DNA from: Clarias gariepinus | Taxonomy: Eukaryota | DNA length: 64,000 nucleotides | Direction: 5' to 3' | Assembly: GCF_024256425.1 (NCBI RefSeq) | Contig: NC_071110.1 | Location: forward strand, 2,380,274-2,444,273 | Shown: positions 36,966 through 49,832 of the stretch, piece after piece | Numbering within the stretch: the stretch's first letter is position 1 | Layout: each line of letters opens with the position of its first letter | The notes under the pieces: model-generated | What the model was told of the DNA's origin: nothing | The model's database searches: none | What the model saw: only the letters and a program-made list of their open reading frames with translations | Made by a program: the position numbers and the translations under genes

Positions 36966-38204
36966 CTAAATAATAAAAACCATCATTTAAAAAAATGCCA
37001 CAAGTAACCACAAGTAATGAAACATTAACCATTTGTTTCTTTATATTATAGTACCATGAAGTTGTTTGGGATTAATGATACATTTATCACTAGTATCAAG
37101 ACATTGCTTCAGAGTATTATAACATCACTTTGTAGTTATAACTTGCGCTGTAGTATCATTAAGTTGCTTCAGAGAATAATAAGTTATTTTTGAGCTATGA
37201 TGCCAGCAGTACAAATATATTGCTTTTTTGGGTTATGATGTATTGCTCAGGTGTACCAGTAAGGCAATAATTCCAATAATAGTACCAGTAGTAGTACCAA
37301 TAATTCTTTCCAGTGTATTATTATTTTCCTCTGGAGTAATTATATAATTCAATGAATCATTCTGAAGTCAATCTGGAGTAATGATAATTTGCTCAGTACA
37401 AAAATTTAGTTACTTATACTGGTGCCATGATATGAACAGAATTAGAATTTGTTTTGGAGTATTATATTTCTTAGTTGTTTCCCAGAAGTAACACTAAGTA
37501 TGCTTTCTGAAATACTGTTGGGTCAACCCACAGTCCCTGTTAGTCATGCTACATGTCTAACTTTCATCTGAGTAACTATACTCAGACTATAAATAGACTG
37601 CATCAAACTAACTATAAGTCACTCTTGAATAACCCTGTCTGCTTCTTCTAAATCGCTTCCATTCAGAGAACTGAAAATATTAATAATATAATATGTCATA
37701 AAACCAAATATTATAACAGTTGCAAATAAAAAAGGCCACACACAGTGCATCTATCCCAGGTTTAAAGAGTGAAATAATTTGTTATCCAATTAGTGTTAAT
37801 TTTGTCAACGAAAATAATGATGAAAAATATTTGTTGTAGACATTATTTCCTGGGACTAAGACGAGACGTTAACGAGACGTCAGGGATATTAGTGAACAAT
37901 AACAGTGATGAAAGCAGCATGCAATATCGGCTACGAAAAAAGACGAGACTAAAATGTGGTTTAAAAAATATAAATACAGTGTAACCTTGGATTACGAGCA
38001 TAATTCGTTCCGGGAAGCGGGCTTGTATTTCAAAACACTCGTTAATCAAATTGAATTGTCCAATAAGAAATAATGGAAACTCAAATTATTTGTTCCACAG
38101 CCCCCCCCCCAAAAAAAACTACACAAAATATAAAGAAAAAAAAATTTTAACAAATTAACCTTTACCTTTAAAAAGAATCTCAACAGAGCAGTGTTTCCAT
38201 TAGA

Positions 38205-38258
<54 letters not shown>
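38205..38258. repeat. (TG)n microsatellite, about 27 units
   Basis: Direct read. Confidence 0.95.
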
Positions 38259-38262
<4 letters not shown>

Positions 38263-39069
38263 GCGAGGGGAGGAGGGGAGGAGGGGTGTTTGTTTGTAAA
38301 GGCAAGAGGAGGTGTGTATGTGTGTGAAGGGACACAGTGTCCAATGACAAAGTGCAGGCTGATACAGAGAGGGAGAGAGAAAAGGGATCTTTAACCTCTC
38401 TAATAAGAAGGTGGATGATTACACCAGTAAGAGAGATGCACTAAGACCCAGCGGGGAGACGATTAACCACAATGCCGCAGCACAAGAGAGAGAAAAACTG
38501 TTGGCTCAGTTGTGATCAAGTGAGGCTTGGATTTTTATAAAAAATCTTTGCTCGTCTTGCGGAACACTCGCAAACCGCGTTACTCGCAATCCGAGGTTTC
38601 ACTGTATGTGTGACTGTTTCATATATGTGTATACCAGTGTTTCATGTGTGTGTGCGCATATGTAAAGTTTCAATAAAATAAATATAAATAGCTGAAAACA
38701 TCATGTGAAAAGATAAACTTTAAAATGTTAAGATAATTATTTTGTGAAAAACGTTAAAAAAAAGGGTATTAGATTGGCTATAGGGTTTATTAATAATCTT
38801 ATTCCAAAAAAGATTATGTATTCATTGACTAAAACTAAACAAAAATACTTAAAGGTTCCTTTGACTAAAGCTAGACTAAAATGTCCAGACTTTCAGTCAA
38901 CTAAAACTTGACTAAACAAAAATAGTATAAGATCCACATAAGAGCAACATCCTTTATAATAATATTATTTCTGCTTAATATTGCATGTAGTTTTTAATGT
39001 AATTGATTCTAAGAATCTCGATTACATGCAATATAAGAGTGTGTGAAGTCTATATCTATCATTTTAAAG

Positions 39070-39243
39070 TCCTCGGCTCATGAGGAACAGATGGAGAGTG
39101 ACGGTGAGTCCCCGGCTGAGATTCCTGTCCTGAGTCTGAGGCTGAATGAGGAAGAGGAGAAGCAGACGCTTGAGCTGGATGAAGGGTTTGGAGAGTTCGA
39201 CTCTGGATCAAATGAAGCTGAAGAATTACTGAAGGAAAAGAAG
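39070..39243 (+). CDS. tep1: tep1 exon 2 (acidic linker)
   Basis: Acceptor AG at 39068-69 and donor GTGGTT at 39244. The 174 nt are in phase with exon 1. It encodes SSAHEEQMESDGESPAEIPVLSLRLNEEEEKQTLELDEGFGEFDSGSNEAEELLKEKK. Confidence 0.5.
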
Positions 39244-39496
39244 GTGGTTTTATACATTTTATTCATTTCAGTTTATCTTAATTTTAAAACACAGAATGTT
39301 AAAAAGAGCTATTTTGACTCTCATGGTTTTATACAAGACCCTCCTGTGAGTTGTCTATAGTTTTCTACTGACCCTTTTGAGCTCTTTAATGCTCTACCAT
39401 CTACCTCAAAGTGAGAATGTGACTAACAACTGGTATTTGCTCTAGACAAGACAATCAAACTGTTTATTTTACTCTGCATGTGATTTCTACAATCAG

Positions 39497-39646
39497 TACA
39501 AGCTGCTGAATGTGGTCTGCTGCTCCCTGGTCCATAAAAGCCAATCTCCAGGCCAGGTGGACTGGGATAAAGAAGGGAGTGTGTGGAGTGAAATAAAACT
39601 CCTGGGTACCGACATCACCCTGAGCGACCCTGAGTTTCTGCTTAAG
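39497..39646 (+). CDS. tep1: tep1 exon 3 (start of TROVE domain)
   Basis: Acceptor CAG at 39494-96 and donor GTATGC at 39647. It encodes YKLLNVVCCSLVHKSQSPGQVDWDKEGSVWSEIKLLGTDITLSDPEFLLK and ends in phase 0. Confidence 0.6.
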
Positions 39647-39773
39647 GTATGCTTAAGGTAGTGTGTGTGTGTGTGTGGTGTCTGAGATGTGTCCATAGGG
39701 GATGTACTTCATGTTTTTTTTTTGTCTTTAAGATATCTTTAGTTAGTTAAAAATTTCTGTTTATAACCACCAG

Positions 39774-39938
39774 GTGGCTGTTTACACCAGACAGGAACTA
39801 AACATCCGCGTCACCGCCAACTTCCTGCTCGCCCTCGCTGCTTACCTGCCCAACTCTAAATCACACCTGAGGAGGTATTTCTGCTCCGCCGTGCGGCTGC
39901 CGTCCGATTGGCTGGAAGTGACGAGGATATACAGCACG
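39774..39938 (+). CDS. tep1: tep1 exon 4 (TROVE)
   Basis: Acceptor CAG at 39771-73 and donor GTATGC at 39939. It encodes VAVYTRQELNIRVTANFLLALAAYLPNSKSHLRRYFCSAVRLPSDWLEVTRIYST. The AVYTRxELxIR...FLLALAA segment matches the Ro60/TEP1 TROVE family. Confidence 0.7.
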
Positions 39939-40759
39939 GTATGCTGGGAGTGTTCATTAGAACATATATTTATTTTTTTGTTTTGTTTTCTCTGGCTGAT
40001 GTTAGTCAGTGACCTTTTTGCAGATTCTCTTTTAACAACCTATAAAATTCATATGGTATTCAGGGAGTGTTATGGAACCACACAATATGGTTTAATGTTA
40101 TATGCGCAATGCAATAAACAATTGCTTCGTATGAATGTGAAAAACTTGATTTGATTTTATAATATGAGATGCATTAAGCGAGTCATGAGCAATGGTAGAG
40201 AAAGTGGAGCACTTTGTCATTTTATTCAGAGACTAGTCCTGGGTAGAGGTAGCTGCAGTAGACATGAGTGGACTCATAAGACATGAGTGGGCTAAAGACA
40301 CGGATGCCTGAACACAGCAACACAACTGAGGATGCAGTGTTTTAAAGTGTTGTTTTATATTAGGACATTGACTGCACCTTTCTTAAAAAGTTTCTCCTAC
40401 AAGTTTCTCTAAATGGACAAAATGTGTATTGTCTTATTCTGAACAAAGTTAAATTAAAAATTAAATTCTGCCAGTAAAAACAGGTTAATCTAATCTCTCA
40501 GAAATGCACATCACCAGCACTGTACAGTGGTTACTCAATCGGACTGTAGGTCCTACCGTCGCCGCGCTCGGCGGTACCGTTTGGCTTTGTGCGTTTGCTG
40601 ACTTTTACCGCTGAGTGGCGCTATATAACTACAGACTGACGCCTCATGCCTTAGTTCATTCTCTGCTGGATTAATGAGACACGGAGTTTTAGAACTGCAC
40701 GTAGTAGCGGATAAAATCAAGTAAAACGTAGTTAAACAAATTTATAATCACAGAACTAA

Positions 40760-43700
40760 AATGACAGTACAAATGTAGAATTCAAATTAAATTAAATCTT
40801 ATTAGGATCAAATTTAAACAAAATAAATGTTGATACAGTGAGCCTTTGGATTTTATCACGTGTAATTAGAAAAGACGCGTGTAGGGTTTTGTGTCGTCTT
40901 ATATCTTGTGTTCTTTAAATTTGTTAGTAGATTTATTAACTGAAATAAATGACCATAAAATTATAACATTGTCAGGACGTTCTACTGCGTCAGCTGATGT
41001 TGGTCATTCAGCCCCGCTTGTGTTTTTGCGTTATTATAAAAATGAAATGCAGTAGACTGTAATGATCTGTAACGGATTCGACCCATGTTGCACGGGCGGC
41101 ACCATAAAGCATGGACACGAGGCGAGGTCTTACGGGTAAAGGGTAATTTATTTAGGTAAAATGGGGAAGGAAAGTGTTGAAGGAGGAAGAATGGAAAGAA
41201 TGGGATAAAGGTTGTGCATGTGCAGTTCCGGGGGCTGTGCCACACTGGCATGCGGGCACACAGCTGACGATAAGTGTTGGTGCGCGGAGTGGCAGAACTG
41301 AGCACGCGGAGGCAGCGCTCCTGCACGCTCCCTCGTAACGGCGCTTCTCCCGCTGTCGATGGCCGGCGCGAGTCCTCGCTGACGTAAAAACTTAACACAC
41401 GGTGCGGGAGTGAAGATGCCGCAGGAGCTCGCGCAGCTCTTTCTCGCGCGTCACATCGCCCCACTGACATGCTTCTTTCATATTCTCCATCACATCACGT
41501 ATTTCCCAGACCTCGAACAAAACTCCGCGCCTTGCTTTTATAATGCGGAGCAAGCCCGAGATCATATTAACGTTAATTATCGCCAGCCGGCACGAAAAGG
41601 CGGCTGCGTCCCTTTGCTGCCTATTCAGGGAGCCTACGGAGTGAGCGAGTAGCGATAGTAGATTTGGGCGCACGCCTATCACAGACGCAAGCCATGGCAG
41701 ATCATCATAATTGTCTTTAACTTGTATTTTATAAGGTTTTCCGAGCGGTGGTACAGCGCAACGGGGGTCATTATTTACTATTAAACATTAAACGAATTTA
41801 CAAAACTTTATACGTGCGATTAAGCGCTGATTCTACATAGGAAAGTAAAGAAGAGGATCCTGATGCTCAACATTCCGGAGACCAAACCCCATTTAAATTA
41901 AATTAACAAATATTGCAAGTAAATAACAATAGCCCACGTTTAAAATAGCATTTTTATTTAGATTATAAAAAATAATCCTGCATCTATTTTAGGTGTTCCA
42001 GCTGCCACTGTTCTAAAGATCAAATTAAATCAAATCTTATTAGGATCAAATTTTAGCACAATAAATGTTAACACAGTGAGCCTTTTGATTTTATCACTTG
42101 TAATTAGAAAAGAAGCGTGTAGGGATTTGTGTCATCTTATTTCTTGTGTTCTTTAAATTTATAGTAGATTTATTAACTGAAATAAATGACCATAAAATTA
42201 AAACAGTGTTAGGACGTTCTACTGCGTCAGCAGATGTCGGTCTTTCAGCCCCGCTTGTGTTTTTGCGTTATTATAAGAATGAAATGCAGTAGACTGTTAT
42301 GATTTGTAAGGGGTTCGACCCATGTTACCCAAACGACTCAGTTCAGATGTAAGTAAATGGATAGAAAGTAAATGGCTGTGCTGGGGGAGGGAGGTGCTAA
42401 TGATTTGGTCGGCTCCGTGTGTGTGTGTGTGTGTGTGTGTGTCGCGGTGGTTGATTATTCAGTGAAACAAAGGCTCAGCTGAAAAATGTTAGGCACATCA
42501 GTCACTTAACCCCCAATAAAAGGTATTTAGTTGTAATATAACAGATGCGCACTAAATACCAAACCTAAACCAGGCACAAGGATTAATAAAACAAGATAGC
42601 CCCCATACCCATTTCTTTTTTTATTTTAAATACCAAAGAAGATTATTGTGTATACACTGATTAAAAACAATGCAATTTACGCTATTATAAGGAAAATCTC
42701 AAGTTCTTCCATTCCAAGGATTAAAAATGTTAACTTTAGAATTTAAATGTACAAATTTAAATCACTGAAAGTCAGCCTCAGATTCAAGAGGTTTTTAAAG
42801 TGGGGAGAAGTGCATTTCAGTTCCCCTGAATGTATAGGTGAGAACAGCCGATTCACACCTGGGGAGGGTGAATAATTTGTATTTGAATGTTGTCTGGCAT
42901 TGTAAAGCACTATAGTGACACTAAAAGAACAACCCAGGATTAATAGGAATTATTATACTGCATAAACATTATTTAGCACAAAAAAAATCCTCGCGCTCGG
43001 GAAAACTATGCGTGCGGTTGAGGGCTGATTAGACTATAGGAAATTAAAGCGGGGGGTTTTTATTTAGACTATAAAAAAATAACCTGCGTCTATTTTTAGG
43101 CGTGCCAGCTGCCACTTTTTAGTTAGAAGTTTTTAATACAAATCTTATAATGCCCACATGACATGACGGAATAAAGGCACGGCTTATTATAATCCCGGGC
43201 TTGCACCCCGCGCTATAAAATACTTAGGGTTTGTTGGGTTACAGTGGATTTTACTACGCGGTGTAAGTGCAATGGCCATTCGTCCGCTCGCGCTGACTCT
43301 GCTCTCCGCGGATGGCCAGACCGGCCCCTCCCACCTCTCGCTCCTTTGAAGTCCCCGGGGCGCGTTCCATTTGCCCTGCTTGCATGCCGCACTTCTGCGT
43401 TGTTGCACGCGCGTTACATACACAGCGCGTAGTAAAATCCACTTTAACCCAACAAACCCCGAGTATTTTATAGCGCGGGGTGCAAGCCCGGGCAACGATA
43501 GCAACGATAGCTCACCAGTCATGTGTAATTCTGCGGTCCCGCTGCTTCGCATGTCCGAAGGGAAGGACGCCTAACTAGTGATTGAGGAGCGATATTGATT
43601 TGGGCGCACGCCGTGACAGGCTGAAAAAACTGTTGTCAGATTAATGTGCAAAAACTATGTAATAAAACTATATAAGACTACATGGCATGTATAAAACTCA

Positions 43701-44060
43701 ACTTTTATTTAAGCGCACTAACAATAACGAAAAAACTTAATGATTTTGTAAATGTTTGAAAGCAAATAAGGTGCGCTGTTCTGTATTGTTTTTGGTGAAC
43801 TTAAGCGCGTCAGAAAATGAACTCAAACGTTTTTTTAAATGGTCAGAGTCAGTCTGCTTGCTGTTTTCCCGACGCATCCATAATCAAACTTCATGGAAAA
43901 CTTCATGAGTGCTGATTTAGACTATGGAGTAAATTAAAGAGGAGAATCATGATGCCGAATCGAAGTACCTGAGCCCAAACCTCATTTACATTAAATTAAA
44001 TTAACAAATATTATAAGTAAAAAAAAACAATAGCCCACGTTTAGAAACCGTTTATAAATT
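40760..44060. repeat. Tandem array of about three 1.0-1.1-kb units in tep1 intron 4
   Basis: Segments 40770..41065 and 42010..42310 are about 90% identical. The ATAAAAAATAAYCTGCRTCTATTTTAGGYGTKCCAGCTGCCACT segment occurs at about 41975, about 43070, and partly near 44030. Unit cores are GC/CpG-rich (41230..41700, 43190..43560). Confidence 0.6.
43187..43500. repeat. Perfect long palindrome (arms about 65 bp, loop about 170 bp) inside the intronic tandem unit
   Basis: Segment 43190..43258 (GCTTGCACCCCGCGCTATAAAATACTTAGGGTTTGTTGGGTTACAGTGGATTTTACTACGCG) is the exact reverse complement of about 43428..43497. The mirror ORFs 43244..43432(+) and 43254..43442(-) are artefacts of it. Confidence 0.7.
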
Positions 44061-45605
44061 CTTTCCGACATGAGTTGGCCCGGTGTTATGCGCAGAGCGC
44101 CGGGAGATTTCCTGAAGTTTCGAAATCGCGGGGCATTTTTTCTAAATAGATGCTATCTTTAATAACTGATGGAGGTTTTGAGCTGTATATACACGCATTC
44201 CTGCCTAAACAACTCTTAAAACTACACCTGTGACACAATAACAGTAATATTTCGAACATTCTGCAGGCTGATATTTGGAGAAACGAAAGAATAATGAATA
44301 AACCAGTCGTTGGGTCAAAATAACCCAACCAGGTGTTCACTTGTAAACTACATCTCATATGAGCCAACATGAGCAACCCAACACTGTGTTTAAAGTACCT
44401 GAAATAATCCAGAACTTAAGTAACAATAAACAGATACAGAGATACGCTGTATAACAGTCACTATTGTATTTACTGCAACGAGCGAAAATGTCACTTTGCG
44501 CCACCTGGCGGCCATTTTACGAATGACTTTAAAATGCAACTGATTTATTTTGGCCGCTGACGTTTTTACACGGCGGTGAGCGCGACGGTAATAACCATTC
44601 CAATTGATCAACTACTGTATATTAATGTAGTAGGTTACATTACTATTAAAAATGTATGCTGGTTGAAAAGTCTCAAAACTCCATGAGGAAATTAGGCTCG
44701 AAGCTCTCATGCAATAAAAGCCATCCGTGCAACGGCTCAACGTGTACACGTCATGATTTTTCAATTTTATTTTATTGCTTATTTGTCAGACCTTGTCAAA
44801 TGAATGAACTGTGATTAATCAGATTTTTTTGGAGTGGCCTAGTCAAAGTCTGGACCTTCGATCAAGATACTCGGGCATGACCTTAAACAAGCATCCATGC
44901 TCGAAAACCCTCCAGTGTGGCTGATTTAAAACAATAAAGAGCAAATGAGAGTGGGACAGAATTCCTCTACAGTGTATGAAAGTCTCATAGACAGTTATTG
45001 CAAACACTTGATAGCAGTTGTTGCCACCAAGGGTGCCACAATCAATTATTAGGTTTAGGTGGCAATTACTTTCTCACATAGGGGCAGCTACGTTTGGAAA
45101 GCTTTCTTTGTTAAAAAATCATTTAAACTGCATTTTGTATTTACTCTGCTTATCTTTGTACAATAGTTAAAAATGATGTCGGAGGCATGAGGATGCAGTC
45201 CGAGTGTTGAATCATCGAAGCTGTGATGATATCCAGCACAACAGCACAAATTCAAATTCTAATTTTATTTGTCACATACACAGTCATACACAGTACGAAA
45301 TGTAGTGAAATGCTTACACGACCGCCAGTGACCTTAAAAAGAGAATTAAAGCTTATAATACGTAATAAATATGAATAAAAGAAATACGATAGAAAATTTA
45401 AATGAAAATAAAATTGAACTAGGAAAAATAGAACTAAAAATAGAAATATGCTGTAGGAAAATAGAAATATACTGTACAACATTTAAGAAATTGTGAAATT
45501 TTGATATTTTTGGGAGAGAGGTGGTGTACAAATATGCATAGGAAAAAAAGGGTCTTTGTGCAATGGTCCAGAATGTAAACGTAAACATGTAGTGTAGATG
45601 TGAAG

Positions 45606-45649
45606 TTAGATGTGCGTGGAATTGTCCATAGTGTCCATGGATGTATAAA

Positions 45650-45691
<42 letters not shown>

Positions 45692-46193
45692 GAAAAGATT
45701 GTGTTAGTTCTGCATAGTGGTGTGGTTGAGAGACCTTATCGCCTGCGGGAAGAAGCTCCTCCTCAGTCTCTCTGTGTTGGGAGCGGAATCGCTTCCCAGA
45801 CCGCAACAGAGTGAACAGTCCATTGTTGGGGTGGCTGAGGTCCTTCACGACCCTCCTGGCCTTGGTCCAGCACCGCTTGGTGTAGATTGAGTGCAGGTCA
45901 GGGAGCTCGGTGCGGATGATGCGCTCAGCTGATCGCACCACCCTCTGTAGAGCTCGTCTGTCCTGCATGGTGCTGTTCCCGAACCAGGTCGTGATGTTTC
46001 CCGTCAGGATGCTCTCTATGGTGCAGGAGTAGAAATTCCTGAGCACCTTAGAGGGCAGTCTAAAGTCTCTCAAGCGTCTGAGGTGGTACAGACGCTGCCG
46101 GGTCTTTTTTACCACGGTGTTGATGTGACAGGACCATGACAGGTCCTGCGTGATGTGAACACCGAGGTATCTGAAGCTGTCCACTCTCTCCAC
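45606..46193 (-). mobile_element. Fragment of a LINE reverse-transcriptase C-terminal region in tep1 intron 4
   Basis: The ORF translation (FRYLGVHITQDLSWSCHINTVVKKTRQRLYHLRRLR...CTIESILTGNITTWFG) is a common teleost RT-tail fragment. A (GATT)n microsatellite lies at 45655..45700. Confidence 0.6.
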
Positions 46194-47127
46194 ACAACCT
46201 TGAGCCTGATATTGCTTTTATATAGTTTCACAAACACCATTTATTATCTATTATTTGTTATCAATGATCAGTTTATTCATTTAACCAGTTATTTCGCTTC
46301 ACCACTACGTATCCTTACACAGCTGATTGAACTAACTAATTTCAACAGGCAGAGCTGGCGACCAACAGTTAGTGACCAACAGTTAGTGTGAAGGTAGTTT
46401 TAAATTCTTACCAAAACTATGTAACCAAAAAGTTAGGGGAATAAAACAGGTGGTGGACAGTCCTGCAGATCTCATAAGTATCTTTTTATATTTCCACTTA
46501 TTCCGCTTTAGAGAGTCCAATTCCGTTAACTTTAGTTAAAAAAAAGTGCAGTATGTAGGGGGTAGAATCTTTTGTTCCACACACCAAGTAGTGCCTTTGA
46601 TGTTTGAGAGGGATTTTGGATTCAACCTTGTTTGGAAGCTGGTTATCTTTGTGGCCCACCTTAGGCATGCATAAAATATAATGGAGGCGATTCGGAATGA
46701 CTTAGAAGTGATTACTAATGATACAGTGTCTTAAGGTGACATAACGTTATCAGATGTGTATTCTTGCTGAAAGTGTTTTTGTGACTGCTTTTGAATGGTG
46801 GTTTTGGCAGGCAGCTGTTCTCTCCTCAATACTGTGGACTGTATACACTTACTGTTACCCACGCTGTAACTGAGAGTTAGTGTAATTAACAATTATTAGA
46901 ACACACGTGACATGGAGTGATACATACAGTAAAATATCCTAGTGCTGTAACTGTCTATTATCTCAACCTGTGGAATGGCTCATGTCCAATCAGATCACTC
47001 AGTCATACAGTAACTAACTGTTATAGTACAGTATAGTATAGTACAGTATAGTATAGTACAGTCTTATACTCTAAAATCTGTCGTGTCAGTGTTTTACTGA
47101 GTTCTGTTTCTTTTCTTGTGGTTTCAG

Positions 47128-47265
47128 TGTTTCAGCAGGTCTCTGCCTTCAGGTCTGAAAAAAGCTCTTGCTGACAAATTCAAGCAGTTCAGCGAGTATC
47201 AGCTGGCCAAGTACAACACGTGCAAACACCGCTGTAAACACATCAAGAACAAAGGCAAAGCAATG
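47128..47265 (+). CDS. tep1: tep1 exon 5 (TROVE)
   Basis: Acceptor TTTCAG at 47122-27 and donor GTACAC at 47266. It encodes CFSRSLPSGLKKALADKFKQFSEYQLAKYNTCKHRCKHIKNKGKAM in phase 0. An alternative acceptor 5 nt downstream was not excluded. Confidence 0.5.
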
Positions 47266-47347
47266 GTACACACACAGACACACACACATACTGTATCCAT
47301 TAATATTCATGTTCAGATCACTGTTTCACTAATGTTGAGTCCCAACG

Positions 47348-47383
<36 letters not shown>

Positions 47384-47392
47384 TACACACAG

Positions 47393-47464
47393 GAGTTGTC
47401 CCCTGAGAAATGGAATGAATGGGCCAAGCTCCTTGCAGCAGAACCTCGTACTCTTAAGGGATAT
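47393..47464 (+). CDS. tep1: tep1 exon 6 (TROVE)
   Basis: Acceptor CACAG at 47388-92, immediately after a (GT)n tract. Donor GTGAGT at 47465. It encodes ELSPEKWNEWAKLLAAEPRTLKGY in phase 0. Confidence 0.5.
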
Positions 47465-48056
47465 GTGAGTGTGTTCCTCGTTTCTTTTCTGAGATCTGCC
47501 TGGATGTTTAGTTCATTATGTTTCATTATGTTTCCTGATTGGTTGGTTAAAGTCTGTGGCTGTTGCATACAAAGAAAAGGTTAGATTGGTTTAGATTAGA
47601 TTTTACTATGTTGTCATAGTGCAAAGTTTATACTGTAAACTAAGCCAATGAAATGCAGTCAGCAACTCTCAAGTCAAGTCAAGTGGCTTTTATTGTCATT
47701 TCAACCCTACAGTTGGTCCTACATATAACATAAATTAACAACATAAATTAACAACATACATTAACAAAACTAAGACATAAGTTGACTAGCTGAAACATTT
47801 TTTAAACAGATTAGCACTATTAAGTAACAAAAACTATTTAAGTACTAAATACAGTAGTACTATTTAAAAAAGACAACATAAAGTCCACGTGCAAACAGAG
47901 CGACAGCACGACAACATGACACAATCAAATACTGTTATAATGAGGTAGTGAGATGAGAAACCGTAAACATTTCTTGTTAAATAGCAGCGAAGATAGAAAA
48001 GAGTTCTTGTGGAAATAACAGGTAATAAATATTGTACAAAAAGCACAATAACCAGA

Positions 48057-48057
<1 letters not shown>

Positions 48058-48137
<80 letters not shown>

Positions 48138-48178
48138 CATCCATCCATCCATCCATCCATCCATCCATCCATCCAACA
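48058..48178. repeat. Compound microsatellite (CTAT)n then (CCAT)n in tep1 intron 6
   Basis: Direct read. It is the source of the poly-SIYL and poly-SIHP ORFs. Confidence 0.95.
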
Positions 48179-48329
48179 ATCTTTGTCTCTCTGTCCATCC
48201 ATCCTTCCAAATGTCAAACTATAAAAGTACTTTTTTAAATATTTAAATAAAACCAAATGTTGGTTTGTCTTTGGTTTGTGTGTGTGCGTGTATGTGTATG
48301 CGTGTCTCTGTGTGTGTGTGTGGCTTTAG

Positions 48330-48451
48330 CTAAAATTGGACCAGCGACAATCAGTGGATAAACAACAAAAAGAGTTTAACATGAAGAAGCTGATAAAACA
48401 ACTCCACATTAAAGAGCCGGCAGAGTCGGTCATGAGCATCCTCGGGAAAAA
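48330..48451 (+). CDS. tep1: tep1 exon 7 (TROVE)
   Basis: Acceptor TTTAG at 48325-29 and donor GTACGT at 48452. It encodes LKLDQRQSVDKQQKEFNMKKLIKQLHIKEPAESVMSILGKK and ends in phase 2. The leftover AA plus G of the next exon make Lys. Confidence 0.6.
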
Positions 48452-48939
48452 GTACGTACTGTAGTGCTGTGAGTCACACACATGAATTGCAGTCAGGTTT
48501 AGTCAGAATTTTAAAGTCAGGTTCAGCAAAAGCAGTCAAAAGTAATAACATGTAGAACACAAAAACAGAAGCTCACTGAGACTTTACAGGACAGTAAGTT
48601 ATAGAAACTAATTGAGAGAAAACACAGAAGAGTTGAAGATCTTGGAGAGAGAGAACCCAGTCACAGGAAGGGGGTGAGGATGAGAATGAAACACACTCAT
48701 AGATCCAAACCCAGGGCACGGGCCATAACGGGGATCATGATGTGAGAACCAGGAAATACATCATATCATATGTTTTATTTATTAAATATAAAGAGATGGA
48801 CAAGGAGACGCATGAATACCGAATATCATTACAGAATAAAATACTTTGGAGACACAAACATGGAGATTTAGCTGCAGTTGTGTTGCAAAGGGTTTATTTA
48901 AGAGGCGATCCAAAGTGAAAGAAATGTGTTAAATTACAG

Positions 48940-49097
48940 GTACCCGGCGGACGTGAGGGCGTTCTGGCGCAGCGGGCTCAGTGGGGTGTGGCAGAGTGAA
49001 AGAGCCAATCAGAGGATGAAACTGAAGCAGCCGGACACGTGGGAGACGCTGCTGAGTCAGAAAGGAAACAGCGCCACCACCTGGGAAAAACTCATAG
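48940..49097 (+). CDS. tep1: tep1 exon 8 (TROVE)
   Basis: Acceptor TTACAG at 48934-39 and donor GTCTGA at 49098. It encodes (K)YPADVRAFWRSGLSGVWQSERANQRMKLKQPDTWETLLSQKGNSATTWEKLI. Phase matches exon 7 and exon 9. Confidence 0.6.
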
Positions 49098-49613
49098 GTC
49101 TGAATAATCATTTCTCTGTCTATCTTTTTGATACATTATTTTTTTCATTTATTAAAGAACAGTCTATTATACTTTTATCCATTTGTTTAGGAGCCTGTTC
49201 TCTACAGCAGGTATAAACAGTCTTTCCCTTCCCAACCTCTCTTCTTTTTTCCCTCTTAAAGTTAATAAGACAAAAAAAGCTTTTGCCCTGAAGCTGACTG
49301 ACAAGTCATTAGTGCTCTCACACTGGAGACTCCTTCTGTAAATGTTAATTTAACATCTCCTTACAGATAATCTCACCATATGACAAATAAAACATGCTTT
49401 CCAATTCATTTATATGTAGCCTCCACTGTACACGTCCCTGTGAATGAGCTGTAACTATAGAAACCATAACCATAAACAAGAACATTACCATAAACCTGTG
49501 AACTGCAGCTGCTCTACCATCAGAGCTGCTGTTATAAAGAGTTAATCAACACCTTTCTGATCAAACCGAATCCAGAACTCGTGCCTAACCTGAAGTGTGC
49601 TGTGTGTTTATAG

Positions 49614-49722
49614 ATAATAACTCTCTGCCCTTCATGGCGATGCTGAGGAACCTGAGGAACATGATCACAAAGGGGATCAGCCTCAAACACCACGAGATGA
49701 TCCTCAAACGACTCAGCTCAAA

Positions 49723-49723
<1 letters not shown>
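49614..49723 (+). CDS. tep1: tep1 exon 9 (TROVE core)
   Basis: Acceptor TTTATAG at 49607-13 and donor GTTTCT at 49724. It encodes DNNSLPFMAMLRNLRNMITKGISLKHHEMILKRLSSK. The xLRNLxxM motif is characteristic of TROVE. Confidence 0.75.
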
Positions 49724-49768
<45 letters not shown>

Positions 49769-49832
49769 TCTATGTATGTATAGGTATTTATTCTGATGCA
49801 TATTAATGAGGTGTGTGTGTTTGTGGTCTCAG

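Noticed and set aside
38191-38394. ORF encoding a poly-(CV) peptide
   Set aside because: It is a (TG)n microsatellite translation.
40982-41682. ORFs 40982..41470(-), 41392..41682(-) and 41410..41652(+) in the CpG-rich core of the intronic repeat unit
   Set aside because: I recognise no protein family in them. They are overlapping ORFs on both strands in a GC-rich repeat and are most likely non-coding. Kept only as part of the repeat-array finding.
43244-43442. Mirror-image 62-aa ORFs on both strands (43244..43432 + and 43254..43442 -)
   Set aside because: They arise from the perfect palindrome at 43187..43500 and are not coding.
48009-48238. ORFs encoding (SIYL)n and (IHPS)n
   Set aside because: They are (CTAT)n / (CCAT)n compound microsatellite translations.
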